NCBI GenBank assembly: GCA_963801355.1
Contig: CAWDEM010000004.1
Span: 1,408,001-1,472,000, forward strand
Direction: 5' to 3'
Origin: Ignavibacteriota bacterium
Lineage (GTDB): Bacteria > Bacteroidota > Ignavibacteria > UBA10030 > UBA6906
Length of the DNA: 64,000 nucleotides
Shown here: piece by piece, positions 29,222 through 39,217 of the stretch
Position numbering within the stretch: position 1 is the first letter of the stretch
Layout: the number at the start of each line of letters is the position of its first letter
The notes under the pieces: generated by a model
What the model was told of the DNA's origin: nothing
The model's database searches: none
The model's input: the letters and a program-made list of their open reading frames with translations, nothing else
Made by a program: the position numbers and the translations under genes

Positions 29222-30621
29222 AGCGGCTCATGCGAAGCATAGTGTCGCTGGTGTCCGGCGATACCGCGGGGAGAATCATCGGCTTCGCTATTACGGTGTA
29301 CCTGGCGCGCGTCCTCACCCCGGGAGGTTTCGGCATTTTCGGTATCGCTCTGGCTGTGCTCAGCCACATGCAGTTGATTGCCAATCCCGGCATCCCGCTC
29401 ATCGAGACCCGCAACGTAGCCGCAGCGTCGGGGTCGATGTCAGAACGCATTGGGGGTGTGCTGGTCGTCCGGATGACAATGGCGATCGTTATCGCGCTCC
29501 TGGCCGGCATTCTTGTGCCGCTCATCGTCAGTTCCCCTGAGCTGACAAGCTGCATTCTGCTCACCCTCCTCTCCCTTTTCCCAATGGCCATGTTTGTCGA
29601 CTGGGTTCTGCAGGGGAAAGAAGATTTTGTCCCTCTCAGTATCGCGCGGGTGCTGGGGTATGCCGCATATGCGGCCGGTGTCTTCATGCTGATCCGCTCA
29701 TCCGCCGATGTCCTGTACGCGCCGGTCGCGTTCTTCATCGGAAATATGATAACCGCCGCGGCTCTGCTGATCGGCCTTGCCCGGAGGTACGGAGTGCCAA
29801 AGATTGGCTGGACGCCCGTCCTCTGGCGTGCTATTTTGACGCAAAACGCCCCGACGGGAGCGGCGATGTTCTTCGGCCAGATGGTGTTCAATTTGCCGCC
29901 TCTCGTCGTAGGCTATTTCCTCGGGACATCTGAAGCAGGCCTGTACACCGCCGGGACGAAGCTGGTCTTCCTGTTGCTGATGGCAGACAGGATACTCAAT
30001 GCGGTCCTTCTCCCCGCTCTGACCCGTCTGCTTGGTGAGCGGCCGGACGAAGTGCCGGGGGTGTTGACCTTGATGTTGAAGCTCGTCTGGCTCATCGGGG
30101 TTCCCATTGCGCTCGTCGGCGCGCTTGTCGCCCCCCCGGTGATCGATCTGGTGTTCGGTGGGGCATATGACGGTGCGGCTGTTGTTACACAGGTGCTGTT
30201 TGTGTATGTTGGTTTGACGCTGCTCAATTCCGTCGCCGTCTGCACAATTATCGCCACGAAGAACGAAGGTGCGTATGCGCGGCGGATGATTGCGGGTTCG
30301 GCTCTCCTGTCAATCGCCGTGATTGTCCTTACTCCATTTTTCGGGATTGCCGGTGCAGCCGCGGGTGCGGCGGTCGGTGAGGCGGTGACACTCATCCTCA
30401 TGGCAACGAAAGCTATGCGATTACAGCCACTCGTGAAATCCGGCCTCACGCCGCGAGGTGCATTGGTGCTCGTGCCGCTGGTCCTCATCGGCTGGTGGTC
30501 CTCCGTGCTCCATGCCGCGGTGGCGGCTGCGATAGTCATTGTTGCCTGGGGTGTTCTCATGATGGCGACTCGTGCCATAGACAAGAATGACCGCGCGCAA
30601 TTGCGCGCCCTCCTGTTATGA
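29218..30621 (+). CDS. Wzx-like polysaccharide flippase (MOP family)
   Basis: Many TM helices; YLARVL.P..FG, DWVLQG.E, AGLY.AG.K, FGIAGAA. Confidence 0.85.
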   Translation: MKRLMRSIVSLVSGDTAGRIIGFAITVYLARVLTPGGFGIFGIALAVLSHMQLIANPGIPLIETRNVAAASGSMSERIGGVLVVRMTMAIVIALLAGILVPLIVSSPELTSCILLTLLSLFPMAMFVDWVLQGKEDFVPLSIARVLGYAAYAAGVFMLIRSSADVLYAPVAFFIGNMITAAALLIGLARRYGVPKIGWTPVLWRAILTQNAPTGAAMFFGQMVFNLPPLVVGYFLGTSEAGLYTAGTKLVFLLLMADRILNAVLLPALTRLLGERPDEVPGVLTLMLKLVWLIGVPIALVGALVAPPVIDLVFGGAYDGAAVVTQVLFVYVGLTLLNSVAVCTIIATKNEGAYARRMIAGSALLSIAVIVLTPFFGIAGAAAGAAVGEAVTLILMATKAMRLQPLVKSGLTPRGALVLVPLVLIGWWSSVLHAAVAAAIVIVAWGVLMMATRAIDKNDRAQLRALLL

Positions 30622-32171
30622 AACTTGTGGCCGGTCTGGTCTCGCCTTCACCCGCATGGGAAGCTCTTCTCTCGCAGGAAGGGCTGCCGTGGATGCATCT
30701 TCCCGCACGGGCGGATTGGTGGGATCTGTGCAGCGTGTTGATCGTTACCCACCGTCTGGAAGGGAAAGAACGCGATCACGCCGCAGAATACCTGCGGCAC
30801 GGCGGGGCGATCCTCGGGTCGGCCCATCATTTCAACGGGCTGGCACACACGAGCACGCGGCCGGCACATTTGCGATACATCATCTCCGATGGGGATCCTC
30901 TCTTCGCCCCCGTGCGATTGATTGATCTCGCCATGACCGGGGAGATCCCCCGGGAGGCAAACCATCTCCGTACAGACGGCAATGAACACGCAGTGTTTGC
31001 GGGCGAGCTGGGCGGCGGTGTGGGAGTGGCCCTGCCGTTCGACGTCCAGACGGCAATGGCCGATGCGCGGGTGACAGCGAAGGCCTTCTATTGTCCCCAA
31101 GAACGTCTCCCCTCAGAACGGGTTTCCCTGGTTTCCCGGGGAGAAGTCAGGCATCTTGTGCGGTCCGCCCTGGCATGGCTCCACCACGTGCGGAAACTCC
31201 CGTATGCCCATCTCTGGTACTATCCGGGCCGATCGCAATCGGTGGCCACGTTGCGGGTTGACACCGACGGAGCGCCCAGGGATGACATTGATATCCTGTA
31301 CGGCATCATCCGTGAGGCGGGCGTGCGGGGGAGCTGGTTTCTGGATGTGCGGGCTCACGAGACCTGGTTGCCGCACTTTCGCACGCTCGACGGACAGGAG
31401 ATAGGTCTTCATTGCTATGAACACCGGTTTGGCCGGGATATGGAGGCCGATGCAGCCAACATTCGCCGCGGCTCTGAGCTCCTCAGCGCCGCCGGATGGG
31501 CCGTCGGAGGTTTCGCAGCCCCTTTCGGTACATGGACACCTGCCCATGCCGCCCTCATTGACAGGATGGGATTCCAATACTCTTCGGAATTCAGTTGCGG
31601 GTATGACACGGTTCCCTTCCTGCCCGCGCGCCGTACGGGCTCATTTGCCACCCTGCAGGTGCCGGTACATCCCATCAGTATCGGGAGCCTCAGGCGGGCA
31701 GGCGCCGGTGCGCGTGTGATGCAACAGTACTTTGAAGATACGGCTGCGGATCTCCTGTCACGTCATATGCCGCTGTTCTTCTACCACCATCCGACGCACA
31801 GGCATTGGGATGTCGTTCATACCATGTTGGATGCGTATCAACATCCCGGTGTCGCGAAGCTGACAATGGGCGAGTACGCACGGTGGTGGCAGCAGCGCGC
31901 GCTGCTGGATGTGGATATCGAAATTGAAGGTCAACACATCATTGTCCGCAACGGCGACCTTGCCGAGGCTGTGGACGTATCCTTGCATGTCGTTCGCCCG
32001 GATGCCCGGGAAGTCATCGTGTCACCGGCACGGGCGCATTCGATGGCAGCCCTGCAATGGGACCTCCCGCGTCGGCCGGTGGTGCCGCCCGACCTCCGCC
32101 GGATCCGCGAAAGTGATCCGCGTCGCATGCTTGGTGACCTGTATTCAACCATGCTGAGGAGACTGAAGTGA
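30618..32171 (+). CDS. Polysaccharide deacetylase-like protein
   Basis: LRVDTD, EIGLHCYEH, GFAAPFG, YSSEF, FYHHP: NodB-like motifs in the C-terminal half. Confidence 0.7.
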   Translation: MKLVAGLVSPSPAWEALLSQEGLPWMHLPARADWWDLCSVLIVTHRLEGKERDHAAEYLRHGGAILGSAHHFNGLAHTSTRPAHLRYIISDGDPLFAPVRLIDLAMTGEIPREANHLRTDGNEHAVFAGELGGGVGVALPFDVQTAMADARVTAKAFYCPQERLPSERVSLVSRGEVRHLVRSALAWLHHVRKLPYAHLWYYPGRSQSVATLRVDTDGAPRDDIDILYGIIREAGVRGSWFLDVRAHETWLPHFRTLDGQEIGLHCYEHRFGRDMEADAANIRRGSELLSAAGWAVGGFAAPFGTWTPAHAALIDRMGFQYSSEFSCGYDTVPFLPARRTGSFATLQVPVHPISIGSLRRAGAGARVMQQYFEDTAADLLSRHMPLFFYHHPTHRHWDVVHTMLDAYQHPGVAKLTMGEYARWWQQRALLDVDIEIEGQHIIVRNGDLAEAVDVSLHVVRPDAREVIVSPARAHSMAALQWDLPRRPVVPPDLRRIRESDPRRMLGDLYSTMLRRLK

Positions 32172-33193
32172 CCGTTCACATAGGCGGGTACCAGTCCCTT
32201 TCGATTCTGAGGGGAGGGCCGCTCACGCAAATCCGGGAGACCGTCAAGGGGCTGCGTGCGGTCGGGTTGGACGTCCGGCTGTTTGATGTCTGGAATCCGC
32301 CGAATTTCGCTTCCGGCGACCTCTTCCACCTCTTTGCCGCGAACATCGGCACATACCATCTGGCACGTGAGATCCATGCCTTGAATGTGCCTCTCGTGGT
32401 GTCTCCCATCACTTATTCCCGGCACTCCCCCCGTTTCGTACGGGCGGGGCTGGCGGGCTCGCGTGTGCTGCAAAAGATCGGTCCGGGCATCTGGTCAGAC
32501 TATGCGTTGTGTGCGGATATCTGCGGCTGGGCGGCAAAGGTGCTGCCAAATACGCGGGCCGAAGCTGACCTGCTGAAGAAGGGTTACGGTATCCCGGCAT
32601 CCAGAATAACCGTTGTTCCCAACGGAGTTGAAGCGCGATTTGCAGATGCGGACCCTTCGCTCTTCGAGAGAACGTATAAGCGGCGGAACTTCATCCTGAA
32701 TGTCGGACACATCGGACATGCACGCAAGAACGTCCTGACGCTCATTCGAGCGTTGGCGGCGATCGATCACCCCGCGGTCATCATCGGGCGCATCATTTCC
32801 GGTCCTTACGGAGATGCCTGCGTGCGGGAGGCCGCCAGACACAAACATATTTTGTTGATTGACGGCTTGGACAATTCCTCGGACATGCTTGCTTCTGCAT
32901 ACGCAGCATGCGATACATTCGTGCTTCCGTCGTTGTTCGAGACTCCAGGGATCGCGGCTCTGGAGGCCGCCCTTGCCGGCGCAAAAATCGTCATTACTCC
33001 CTATGGCGGAACTACCGAGTATTTCGGTGCGAGCGCCCGGTATGTGGAACCGTCATCGTCAGCATCAATCCGGAAGGGGATAGAGGACGCACTGCAGGCA
33101 AAGAAGACACCCGTCTTGCGCGAGCATGTCCTGAACAACTACACCTGGAAGGTCGTGGCGGAGAGAACCGCTGCTGCGTACAGAGAGGTGTGA
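32168..33193 (+). CDS. Family 4 glycosyltransferase
   Basis: VPNGV, RKN, LPSLFETPGIAALEAA, YTW. Confidence 0.9.
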   Translation: MTVHIGGYQSLSILRGGPLTQIRETVKGLRAVGLDVRLFDVWNPPNFASGDLFHLFAANIGTYHLAREIHALNVPLVVSPITYSRHSPRFVRAGLAGSRVLQKIGPGIWSDYALCADICGWAAKVLPNTRAEADLLKKGYGIPASRITVVPNGVEARFADADPSLFERTYKRRNFILNVGHIGHARKNVLTLIRALAAIDHPAVIIGRIISGPYGDACVREAARHKHILLIDGLDNSSDMLASAYAACDTFVLPSLFETPGIAALEAALAGAKIVITPYGGTTEYFGASARYVEPSSSASIRKGIEDALQAKKTPVLREHVLNNYTWKVVAERTAAAYREV

Positions 33194-33228
33194 TGCTGAC
33201 GGGGGAGGGGCGAGTCCTGCCCCGTCAC

Positions 33229-33684
33229 CTATGGCTGTGAACGTCCAACTCGCAATTCCACATCTTCGCCGCTCATGATGCCCACTGCAAGATCGTAGCG
33301 CTCACCCTGAATGGTTATTGTTCCCCAGCCCGGCGTTGCATACACGCCGTCGGATGCACGCCGTGCGAAGTTGAGTATAATGCCCTCCCCAAAATCCACC
33401 GTCACCCACCCGTCTCCCTGTGCAAGGATCCGTCCCGGTGTCGTTTGATTGATCAATAGGGAGCGATGGCCTGTCTTTCTGAAGGGCCCGGTCTGCTGCA
33501 CCGAATCCAATTGACGCAGTGATCGGAACTCAACCGTTGAAGAAACGTGGAAAACGAGGGACTGGAGATCTTGTTCTCCGACAACCGTTCTGTAGCTTTC
33601 GGAGAAGAATGGAAATTCGGAAGCACAGCCCCCCACAAGAACGACAGCAACGAGAAAGGCAACGACTCGAGCGTGTGGACGCAT
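33229..33684 (-). CDS. Putative lipoprotein of unknown function
   Basis: ATG 33684: MRPHARVVAFLVAVVLVGG-C, a lipobox-like signal peptide. Confidence 0.65.
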   Translation of the reverse strand: MRPHARVVAFLVAVVLVGGCASEFPFFSESYRTVVGEQDLQSLVFHVSSTVEFRSLRQLDSVQQTGPFRKTGHRSLLINQTTPGRILAQGDGWVTVDFGEGIILNFARRASDGVYATPGWGTITIQGERYDLAVGIMSGEDVELRVGRSQP

Positions 33685-33873
33685 GGAGAGATTCCCTGGA
33701 TTGAGAAGATTCATTTGGATCAGTTTGCCGCCGGCGACTGGATTTCCTTCAACATACGCATACGGCGGGGAAAATCCCACTATTTTTGCCCGGATTCGTC
33801 TTGCTGCTGGATTTCCGTGAATTCGTTTCGTACATTTTTGAATCAACTCTTCCTTCAAACATGGAATAACCCA

Positions 33874-34167
33874 ATGGAACTCGGGCGCGTCGAAGGGACT
33901 ATAGTCTCCACTGCAAAAGCTGCCCGGTTGAAGGGGCGCAAGCTGCTTCTCGTAAATCTGGTGGGCCCGGATACCAAGCCTTCCGGCAACCATGTCGTCG
34001 CGGTTGATGCGGTGGGTGCAGGTGAAGGGGAAGTGGTGATCGTGGTCCGCGGCAGCTCGGCGCGGCAGGTGGACGATCTCACGAATATTCCCACCGATAC
34101 CAGCATCGTGGCCATCGTGGACTCGATCGAATACGGCGGAAAAACCGTGTTCCGAAAGGGCTCATGA
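33874..34167 (+). CDS. BMC vertex pentamer (EutN/CcmL family) 1
   Basis: MELGRVEGTIVSTAK...VAVDAVGAGEGEVV...GSSAR...IVAIVD. Confidence 0.93.
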   Translation: MELGRVEGTIVSTAKAARLKGRKLLLVNLVGPDTKPSGNHVVAVDAVGAGEGEVVIVVRGSSARQVDDLTNIPTDTSIVAIVDSIEYGGKTVFRKGS

Positions 34168-34445
34168 AGCTCGGACGCGTCACGGGAAAGGTCTGGGCGA
34201 CCGCCAAAGACCCCAAACTGAACGGCCTCACTCTGTATGTTATGCAGCCGGTGGATGAAAACGACAAAACCCTGGGAACAGAGCTTATCGTCGTGGACAC
34301 CGTCGGCTCGCGTGAAGGGGATCTCGTCTACTGGGTCGGCGGCGCAGAGGCAACGTTTCCCTTCTCTGACCGTCAAATCCCCAGCGATGCCACCATCGTC
34401 GGCCTGGTCGACCGGCTCGACATAGTCACGGACGGCACAGCATGA
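34164..34445 (+). CDS. BMC vertex pentamer (EutN/CcmL family) 2
   Basis: MKLGRVTGKVWATAKD...VDTVGSREGD...PSDATIVGLVD. Confidence 0.92.
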   Translation: MKLGRVTGKVWATAKDPKLNGLTLYVMQPVDENDKTLGTELIVVDTVGSREGDLVYWVGGAEATFPFSDRQIPSDATIVGLVDRLDIVTDGTA

Positions 34446-34726
34446 TTCTCTGCAAGGTCGTGGGCAACGTGGTCTCGACGATGAAGCACGATGCATATCT
34501 CAATAAGAAAATCCTGCTGGTCAGGCCTGTGACTCCCGAGGGAAATCTCAAATCCGGCACAATGGTCGCTGTGGACACCGTCGGAGCGGGGGTGGGAAAT
34601 CTGGTTCTGGTTGCTTCTGAGGGCCGGGCGGCGATGGAGATCCTTGGCTTTTCCTCGCGTCAGCCGTTGCGCAGCGTCATTGTCGGGATTGTGGACAGCG
34701 TCGATCGCGAAAGGAGCGGCGTATGA
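34442..34726 (+). CDS. BMC vertex pentamer (EutN/CcmL family) 3
   Basis: MILCKVVGNVVSTMKH...VAVDTVGAGVG...IVGIVD. Confidence 0.92.
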   Translation: MILCKVVGNVVSTMKHDAYLNKKILLVRPVTPEGNLKSGTMVAVDTVGAGVGNLVLVASEGRAAMEILGFSSRQPLRSVIVGIVDSVDRERSGV

Positions 34727-35373
34727 CGGATGGGGAGCTGCGCACCATCGTCGAACGCATGGTGCGGGAAGCTGTGGAGAAACAAGTTCGCGGAACTGCC
34801 GGCAAAGCGGTCCCGATGAATATTTCCGCCCGGCATATGCATATCTGTCAGGAACATCTGGAGGTCCTCTTCGGCCAGGGGGCGTCATTGACAAAATTGC
34901 GCGACCTGATGCAGCCCGGCGAATTCGCCGCCAACGAGACGGTTGCCGTTGTCGGCGTGAACCGCCGGGTCTTTGAACAGGTGCGCATCCTCGGTCCTGT
35001 CCGCAAAGCCACACAGGTTGAACTCTCGTATACTGACGGCCGCTTTCTCGGCATGGATCTGCCCGCCCGCATTTCCGGCGACATTGCGGGAACCCATCCG
35101 GCGGTGCTGATCGGCCCGAAAGGGGTCGTGCAACTCCGCGAAGGAGTTATCCGGGCGCTGAGACATGTTCATATCGGTGAGGATGATGCCGCCCGCATCG
35201 GTGTGCGCAATGGACAACAGGTCAGCGTGCGGACACCGGGACCTCTGGGCGTGACCTTTGATCAGGTGTTGATCCGGGCAGGGAAGAATGCTCTCCGCGA
35301 GATGCATATCGATACCGATGAGGCCAATGCGGCGGGTCTTGGAACCGGCGCGACCGGTGAACTCATATTCTAA
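34723..35373 (+). CDS. pduL: PduL-type phosphotransacylase with an N-terminal encapsulation peptide
   Basis: SARHMH, QPGEFAA, RILGPVR, RHVH, EMHIDTDEANA. Confidence 0.93.
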   Translation: MTDGELRTIVERMVREAVEKQVRGTAGKAVPMNISARHMHICQEHLEVLFGQGASLTKLRDLMQPGEFAANETVAVVGVNRRVFEQVRILGPVRKATQVELSYTDGRFLGMDLPARISGDIAGTHPAVLIGPKGVVQLREGVIRALRHVHIGEDDAARIGVRNGQQVSVRTPGPLGVTFDQVLIRAGKNALREMHIDTDEANAAGLGTGATGELIF

Positions 35374-35402
35374 ATCGTTTTGCAGGGAAGTGATATCTTC
35401 AT

Positions 35403-36830
35403 ATGATCCTTGACCAGTCAACGCTCACGGAGATTATTCAGACTGTCATTGCCCGTCTTCACGCCGAGGGTTTAGTACCGTTGGCTGGCCGTCGCGCGTC
35501 GGGCGACGAAGGGATTTTTGATGATGCGGCAGATGCCATTGCGGCCTCGCAGGAAGCGCAGCGGCAGTGGGCGGGCTCCTCACGGGAGACGCGGGACCGC
35601 GTGATCGACGCGTTGCGGACAGCGATGCACCAGAATGCAGAAGTTTTCGCGCGTCGCGAGGTGGATGAAACCGGCCTCGGACGGTACGAAGACAAGGTGG
35701 TGAAAGTTCACAACGCAGCGAGCGCCACGCCGGGGACGGAAGATCTCACGACGCGGTCTTGGAGCGGTGACAAAGGCCTCGTCGTCGAGGAATATGCTCC
35801 GTACGGGGTCATTGCCGCCGTCACCCCCTCCACTCATCCGATCCCTGTCCTGTTCAATAGTCTGGTGATCATCATTGCGTCGGGGAACAGCGTGGTATTC
35901 AATGTGCATCCGGCGGCAAAGAACACCTCTGCGTTTGCGCTGCAGCTGTTTCACCGGGCTATCCGGGCCAATGGAGGCCCCGAGAACCTCGCGACGATGA
36001 TCCGCGTCCCCACGATCGAGAGCGCCGATACCCTCTTCCGTCATCCCGCAGTGCGGTTGATTGCAGCGACCGGGGGACCGGGGCTTGTCAAGGCGGCGTT
36101 CGGATCGGGAAAGAAAGTCATCGCGGCAGGACCGGGGAACCCCCCGGTGGTCGTGGATGCCACGGCGGATCTCGACCGCGCGGCGAAGGCGATCATTGAA
36201 GGGGCTTCCTTTGACAATAATATCCTCTGCATTGCAGAGAAGGAAGCCTTCGTTGTCGACGCGGTCTTCGACCGCTTCATGGATGCCATGGCGCGCAACG
36301 GCGCCGTCCGGTTGACGCAGCCGGAGATCGAACAGCTGGCATCGAAGGCAATTCCGAAGGATGCTCACGGCGAGGCGACGGTGAACAAGGAGTTCGTCGG
36401 CAAAAATGCCAGTGTCCTTGCCGCCGCGGCAGGCAGAACAGTGCCGGAAAGCACACGACTGCTGTTCGGTGAGGCCCGTTTCGATTGCGTGTTTGTTCAG
36501 GAAGAGCAAATGATGCCCTACCTTCCTGTCGTCAGAGTGCATGATGTTGAAGAAGCCCTTGCACTTGCGGTGAAGGCGGAGCACGGTTTCGGCCATACGG
36601 CGATGATTCATTCTCACAATCTCGACGTGATCACCCGGTTCAGCAAGATGATGAACACATCGATCGTGGTGGTCAACGGCTCGAGTCTTGCGGGGCTCGG
36701 CGGGATAGGCGGAGAAGGGCAGTTTTCTCACACAGTGTCAAGTCCGACCGGCGAAGGAGTCTGTACACCGCAGGATTTTGCGCGTGTACGGCGGCTGGCC
36801 GTGAGCGGTAATCTGCGGATTGTTCCGTAG
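35403..36830 (+). CDS. CoA-acylating aldehyde dehydrogenase (PduP/EutE family)
   Basis: ETGLGRYEDK, ATGGPG, AGPGNPP, SFDNNILCIAEK, EHGFGHTA, PTGEG. Confidence 0.93.
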   Translation: MILDQSTLTEIIQTVIARLHAEGLVPLAGRRASGDEGIFDDAADAIAASQEAQRQWAGSSRETRDRVIDALRTAMHQNAEVFARREVDETGLGRYEDKVVKVHNAASATPGTEDLTTRSWSGDKGLVVEEYAPYGVIAAVTPSTHPIPVLFNSLVIIIASGNSVVFNVHPAAKNTSAFALQLFHRAIRANGGPENLATMIRVPTIESADTLFRHPAVRLIAATGGPGLVKAAFGSGKKVIAAGPGNPPVVVDATADLDRAAKAIIEGASFDNNILCIAEKEAFVVDAVFDRFMDAMARNGAVRLTQPEIEQLASKAIPKDAHGEATVNKEFVGKNASVLAAAAGRTVPESTRLLFGEARFDCVFVQEEQMMPYLPVVRVHDVEEALALAVKAEHGFGHTAMIHSHNLDVITRFSKMMNTSIVVVNGSSLAGLGGIGGEGQFSHTVSSPTGEGVCTPQDFARVRRLAVSGNLRIVP

Positions 36831-36932
36831 CGCACCGGGCGGAAGCAATCACCGCAGCAGGGACCAGGTACCTGATATCAGCGTGTGGATGCGAACACAC
36901 CATCATCACTTCAACGTTAAGGAGAGACAGAC

Positions 36933-37217
36933 ATGGCAATGGAAGCGCTTGGCATGATTGAAACCCGCGGGCTTGTCGGGTCGATCGAGGCGGCGGATGC
37001 GATGGTTAAAGCGGCACGCGTGCAGCTCATCGGCAAAGTGCTGGTGGGAGGCGGATTGGTGACCGTGTTTGTGCGCGGGGATGTCGCAGCCTGCAAAGCC
37101 GCCACCGATGCCGGCTCGGCGGCGGCGCAGCGTGTCGGGGAACTTGTCAGCTCCCATGTCATCCCCCGCCCGCACGACGACATTGAGACCATTCTTCCGC
37201 AACGAATCGAGAAGTAA
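36933..37217 (+). CDS. BMC hexameric shell protein (EutM/PduA-like)
   Basis: [25 protein letters not shown]...[14 protein letters not shown]...HVIPRPH. Confidence 0.97.
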   Translation: MAMEALGMIETRGLVGSIEAADAMVKAARVQLIGKVLVGGGLVTVFVRGDVAACKAATDAGSAAAQRVGELVSSHVIPRPHDDIETILPQRIEK

Positions 37218-37232
37218 CAGAAGGGACAGCGC

Positions 37233-38018
37233 GTGAGCAATCTCCTCACTCTCAAACGAGAAATCGTGGAGGTCGGGCGCCGCGTGTATCAGCGCGGATA
37301 TGTGGCCTCCAACGACGGCAACATCAGCGCCCGCCTTGACGACAAACGCATCGTGATCACCCCGACGGGCGTCAGCAAGGGATTCATGACTCCGGAGGAT
37401 TTGATCGTTCTCGACATGGAAGGCAAGGTCGTGTCGGGCATCAAAAAGCCTTCCTCCGAGATGTTCATGCATCTCTCCGTGTACAAGCACCGCCCGGACG
37501 TCATGAGCGTTTGCCACGCCCATCCGCCCTATGCGACGGGATTTGCGGTGGCGGGCATCCCGCTGGACAAGTGCATCCTCCCCGAGGTGGTCATCGTGCT
37601 GGGCGGCATTCCCATCGTGGAATACGGAACGCCCGGTACGTCGGAATTCTTCCAGCCGGTGCTGAAGATCATCGACAAGTATGATGCCTTTCTCCTGGCA
37701 AACCACGGCGCCCTCACCATCGGCAAGGATGTGGTCAACGCGTACCACAAGATGGAGACGCTGGAACATTTTGCGCACATTGCGTTTGTCGCCCAGCAAC
37801 TGGGTCATATGAACGTACTGAACAGCGAACAGGTACGGAAGCTGACGGATTTGCGCACAAAGTTCGGCATCCGGACGACTGTCGGTTGTGCATCCTGTGA
37901 AGATGAACAGACCTGTCCTTCGCCGGACGACATCCCCGGACCTGAAGCCCGGTCAAAGGATGATATCGTTGCGCAGATTACCGACGCGGTGATGCAGCGT
38001 TTGAAGATGCTTCAATGA
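37233..38018 (+). CDS. Class II aldolase (fuculose-1-phosphate aldolase-like) with a C-terminal encapsulation peptide
   Basis: NDGNIS, TPTG.SK, PSSE..MH, HAHP, NHGA. Confidence 0.92.
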   Translation: MSNLLTLKREIVEVGRRVYQRGYVASNDGNISARLDDKRIVITPTGVSKGFMTPEDLIVLDMEGKVVSGIKKPSSEMFMHLSVYKHRPDVMSVCHAHPPYATGFAVAGIPLDKCILPEVVIVLGGIPIVEYGTPGTSEFFQPVLKIIDKYDAFLLANHGALTIGKDVVNAYHKMETLEHFAHIAFVAQQLGHMNVLNSEQVRKLTDLRTKFGIRTTVGCASCEDEQTCPSPDDIPGPEARSKDDIVAQITDAVMQRLKMLQ

Positions 38019-39208
38019 ATGTCATTGTCTGCAACATCGGCTCCAGCAGTTTCAAATTCCAGTTGCTGGATATGCCTTCCGAGCGTGTTCGTGCCCGGGG
38101 CTATACCGAGCGTGTGGGCAAGGAAGACGCCATCATCACCTACTGGGTGGACGAGCGCCAGGTGGACAGCCGGGTGCAGCCGGTTCCGTCGCACCGTGAG
38201 GCCGTGAAGGACGCGCTGCATTTCCTGGCGGAATCTCCACATGCAGTTCTGCACGGGCTCCAGGACATTCAAGCCGTCGGCTTCAAGACCATCCAGGCCG
38301 GCGAGAAGAACGGCTCCGTGCTGCTGACCGAAGATGTGCTGGAGGCCATGGAGGCGTACCGTGACCTCGCTCCCGCGCACAACCCGCCGTACCTCACTGC
38401 AATCCGGATGTTCAAAGAGTTGCTCCCGCAGGTGCCGCTCGTGGGTGTTTTTGAACCGGGATTCCACACCACTATTCCTACGTATGCCCGGCTCTATGGT
38501 GCGCCGTATGAATGGTTCGAACGCTATGGGGTGAAGAAGTACGGTTACCACGGCGCCTCGCACCGCTTCATTGCAACAGAAGCTGTCCGGATCCTCGGAC
38601 TCCCGCCGGACAACCACAGGCTGATTTCCTGCCATCTCGGGGGATCCTCATCCCTTTGTGCGGTACAGAACGGGGCATCAGTCGATACATCCATGGGATT
38701 CACGCCGCAATCCGGCCTGCTGCAGGGGACTCGTGTGGGCGACATCGATCCTTTTGTTTTTCCCTATATCATGGCAAAGAAGGGAATCACGCTGGATCAA
38801 GCGCTCGCGGAATGTTCAAAAAACGGCGGTCTGGCGGGAATTTCCGGAGTCTCTGCAGACATGCGGGAAATCAATGCTGCGATTGCCGGGGGGAACAACC
38901 GGGCCTTGCTGGCACGCCAGCGTTTCATCTACGACATCAAGAGGTACATCGGCGAGTATCTTGTGCTCCTTGAGGGAGCGGATGCCATCGTCTTTACGGG
39001 AGGAATAGGCCAGCGCGATGCTGCACTGCGGCGCGAGGTTCTGGGTTCGCTCGGATTTCTCGGCGTACGGCTGGATGAAGAGAACAACCGCCTTCATGCA
39101 CAGATCATTACGGAGCCTGCATCAACAATCACCGGCATGGTCGTGGTCACGAACGAAGAACTTGTCGTGGCGCGGGAAGCTCTCAGAATACTGTCCACGC
39201 CCCGTTGA
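38015..39208 (+). CDS. ackA: Acetate/propionate kinase
   Basis: NIGSSSFK, APAHNP, YGYHGASH, HLGG, SMGFTP, FTGGIG, TNEE. Confidence 0.88.
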   Translation: MNVIVCNIGSSSFKFQLLDMPSERVRARGYTERVGKEDAIITYWVDERQVDSRVQPVPSHREAVKDALHFLAESPHAVLHGLQDIQAVGFKTIQAGEKNGSVLLTEDVLEAMEAYRDLAPAHNPPYLTAIRMFKELLPQVPLVGVFEPGFHTTIPTYARLYGAPYEWFERYGVKKYGYHGASHRFIATEAVRILGLPPDNHRLISCHLGGSSSLCAVQNGASVDTSMGFTPQSGLLQGTRVGDIDPFVFPYIMAKKGITLDQALAECSKNGGLAGISGVSADMREINAAIAGGNNRALLARQRFIYDIKRYIGEYLVLLEGADAIVFTGGIGQRDAALRREVLGSLGFLGVRLDEENNRLHAQIITEPASTITGMVVVTNEELVVAREALRILSTPR

Positions 39209-39217
39209 GGGGACCGG

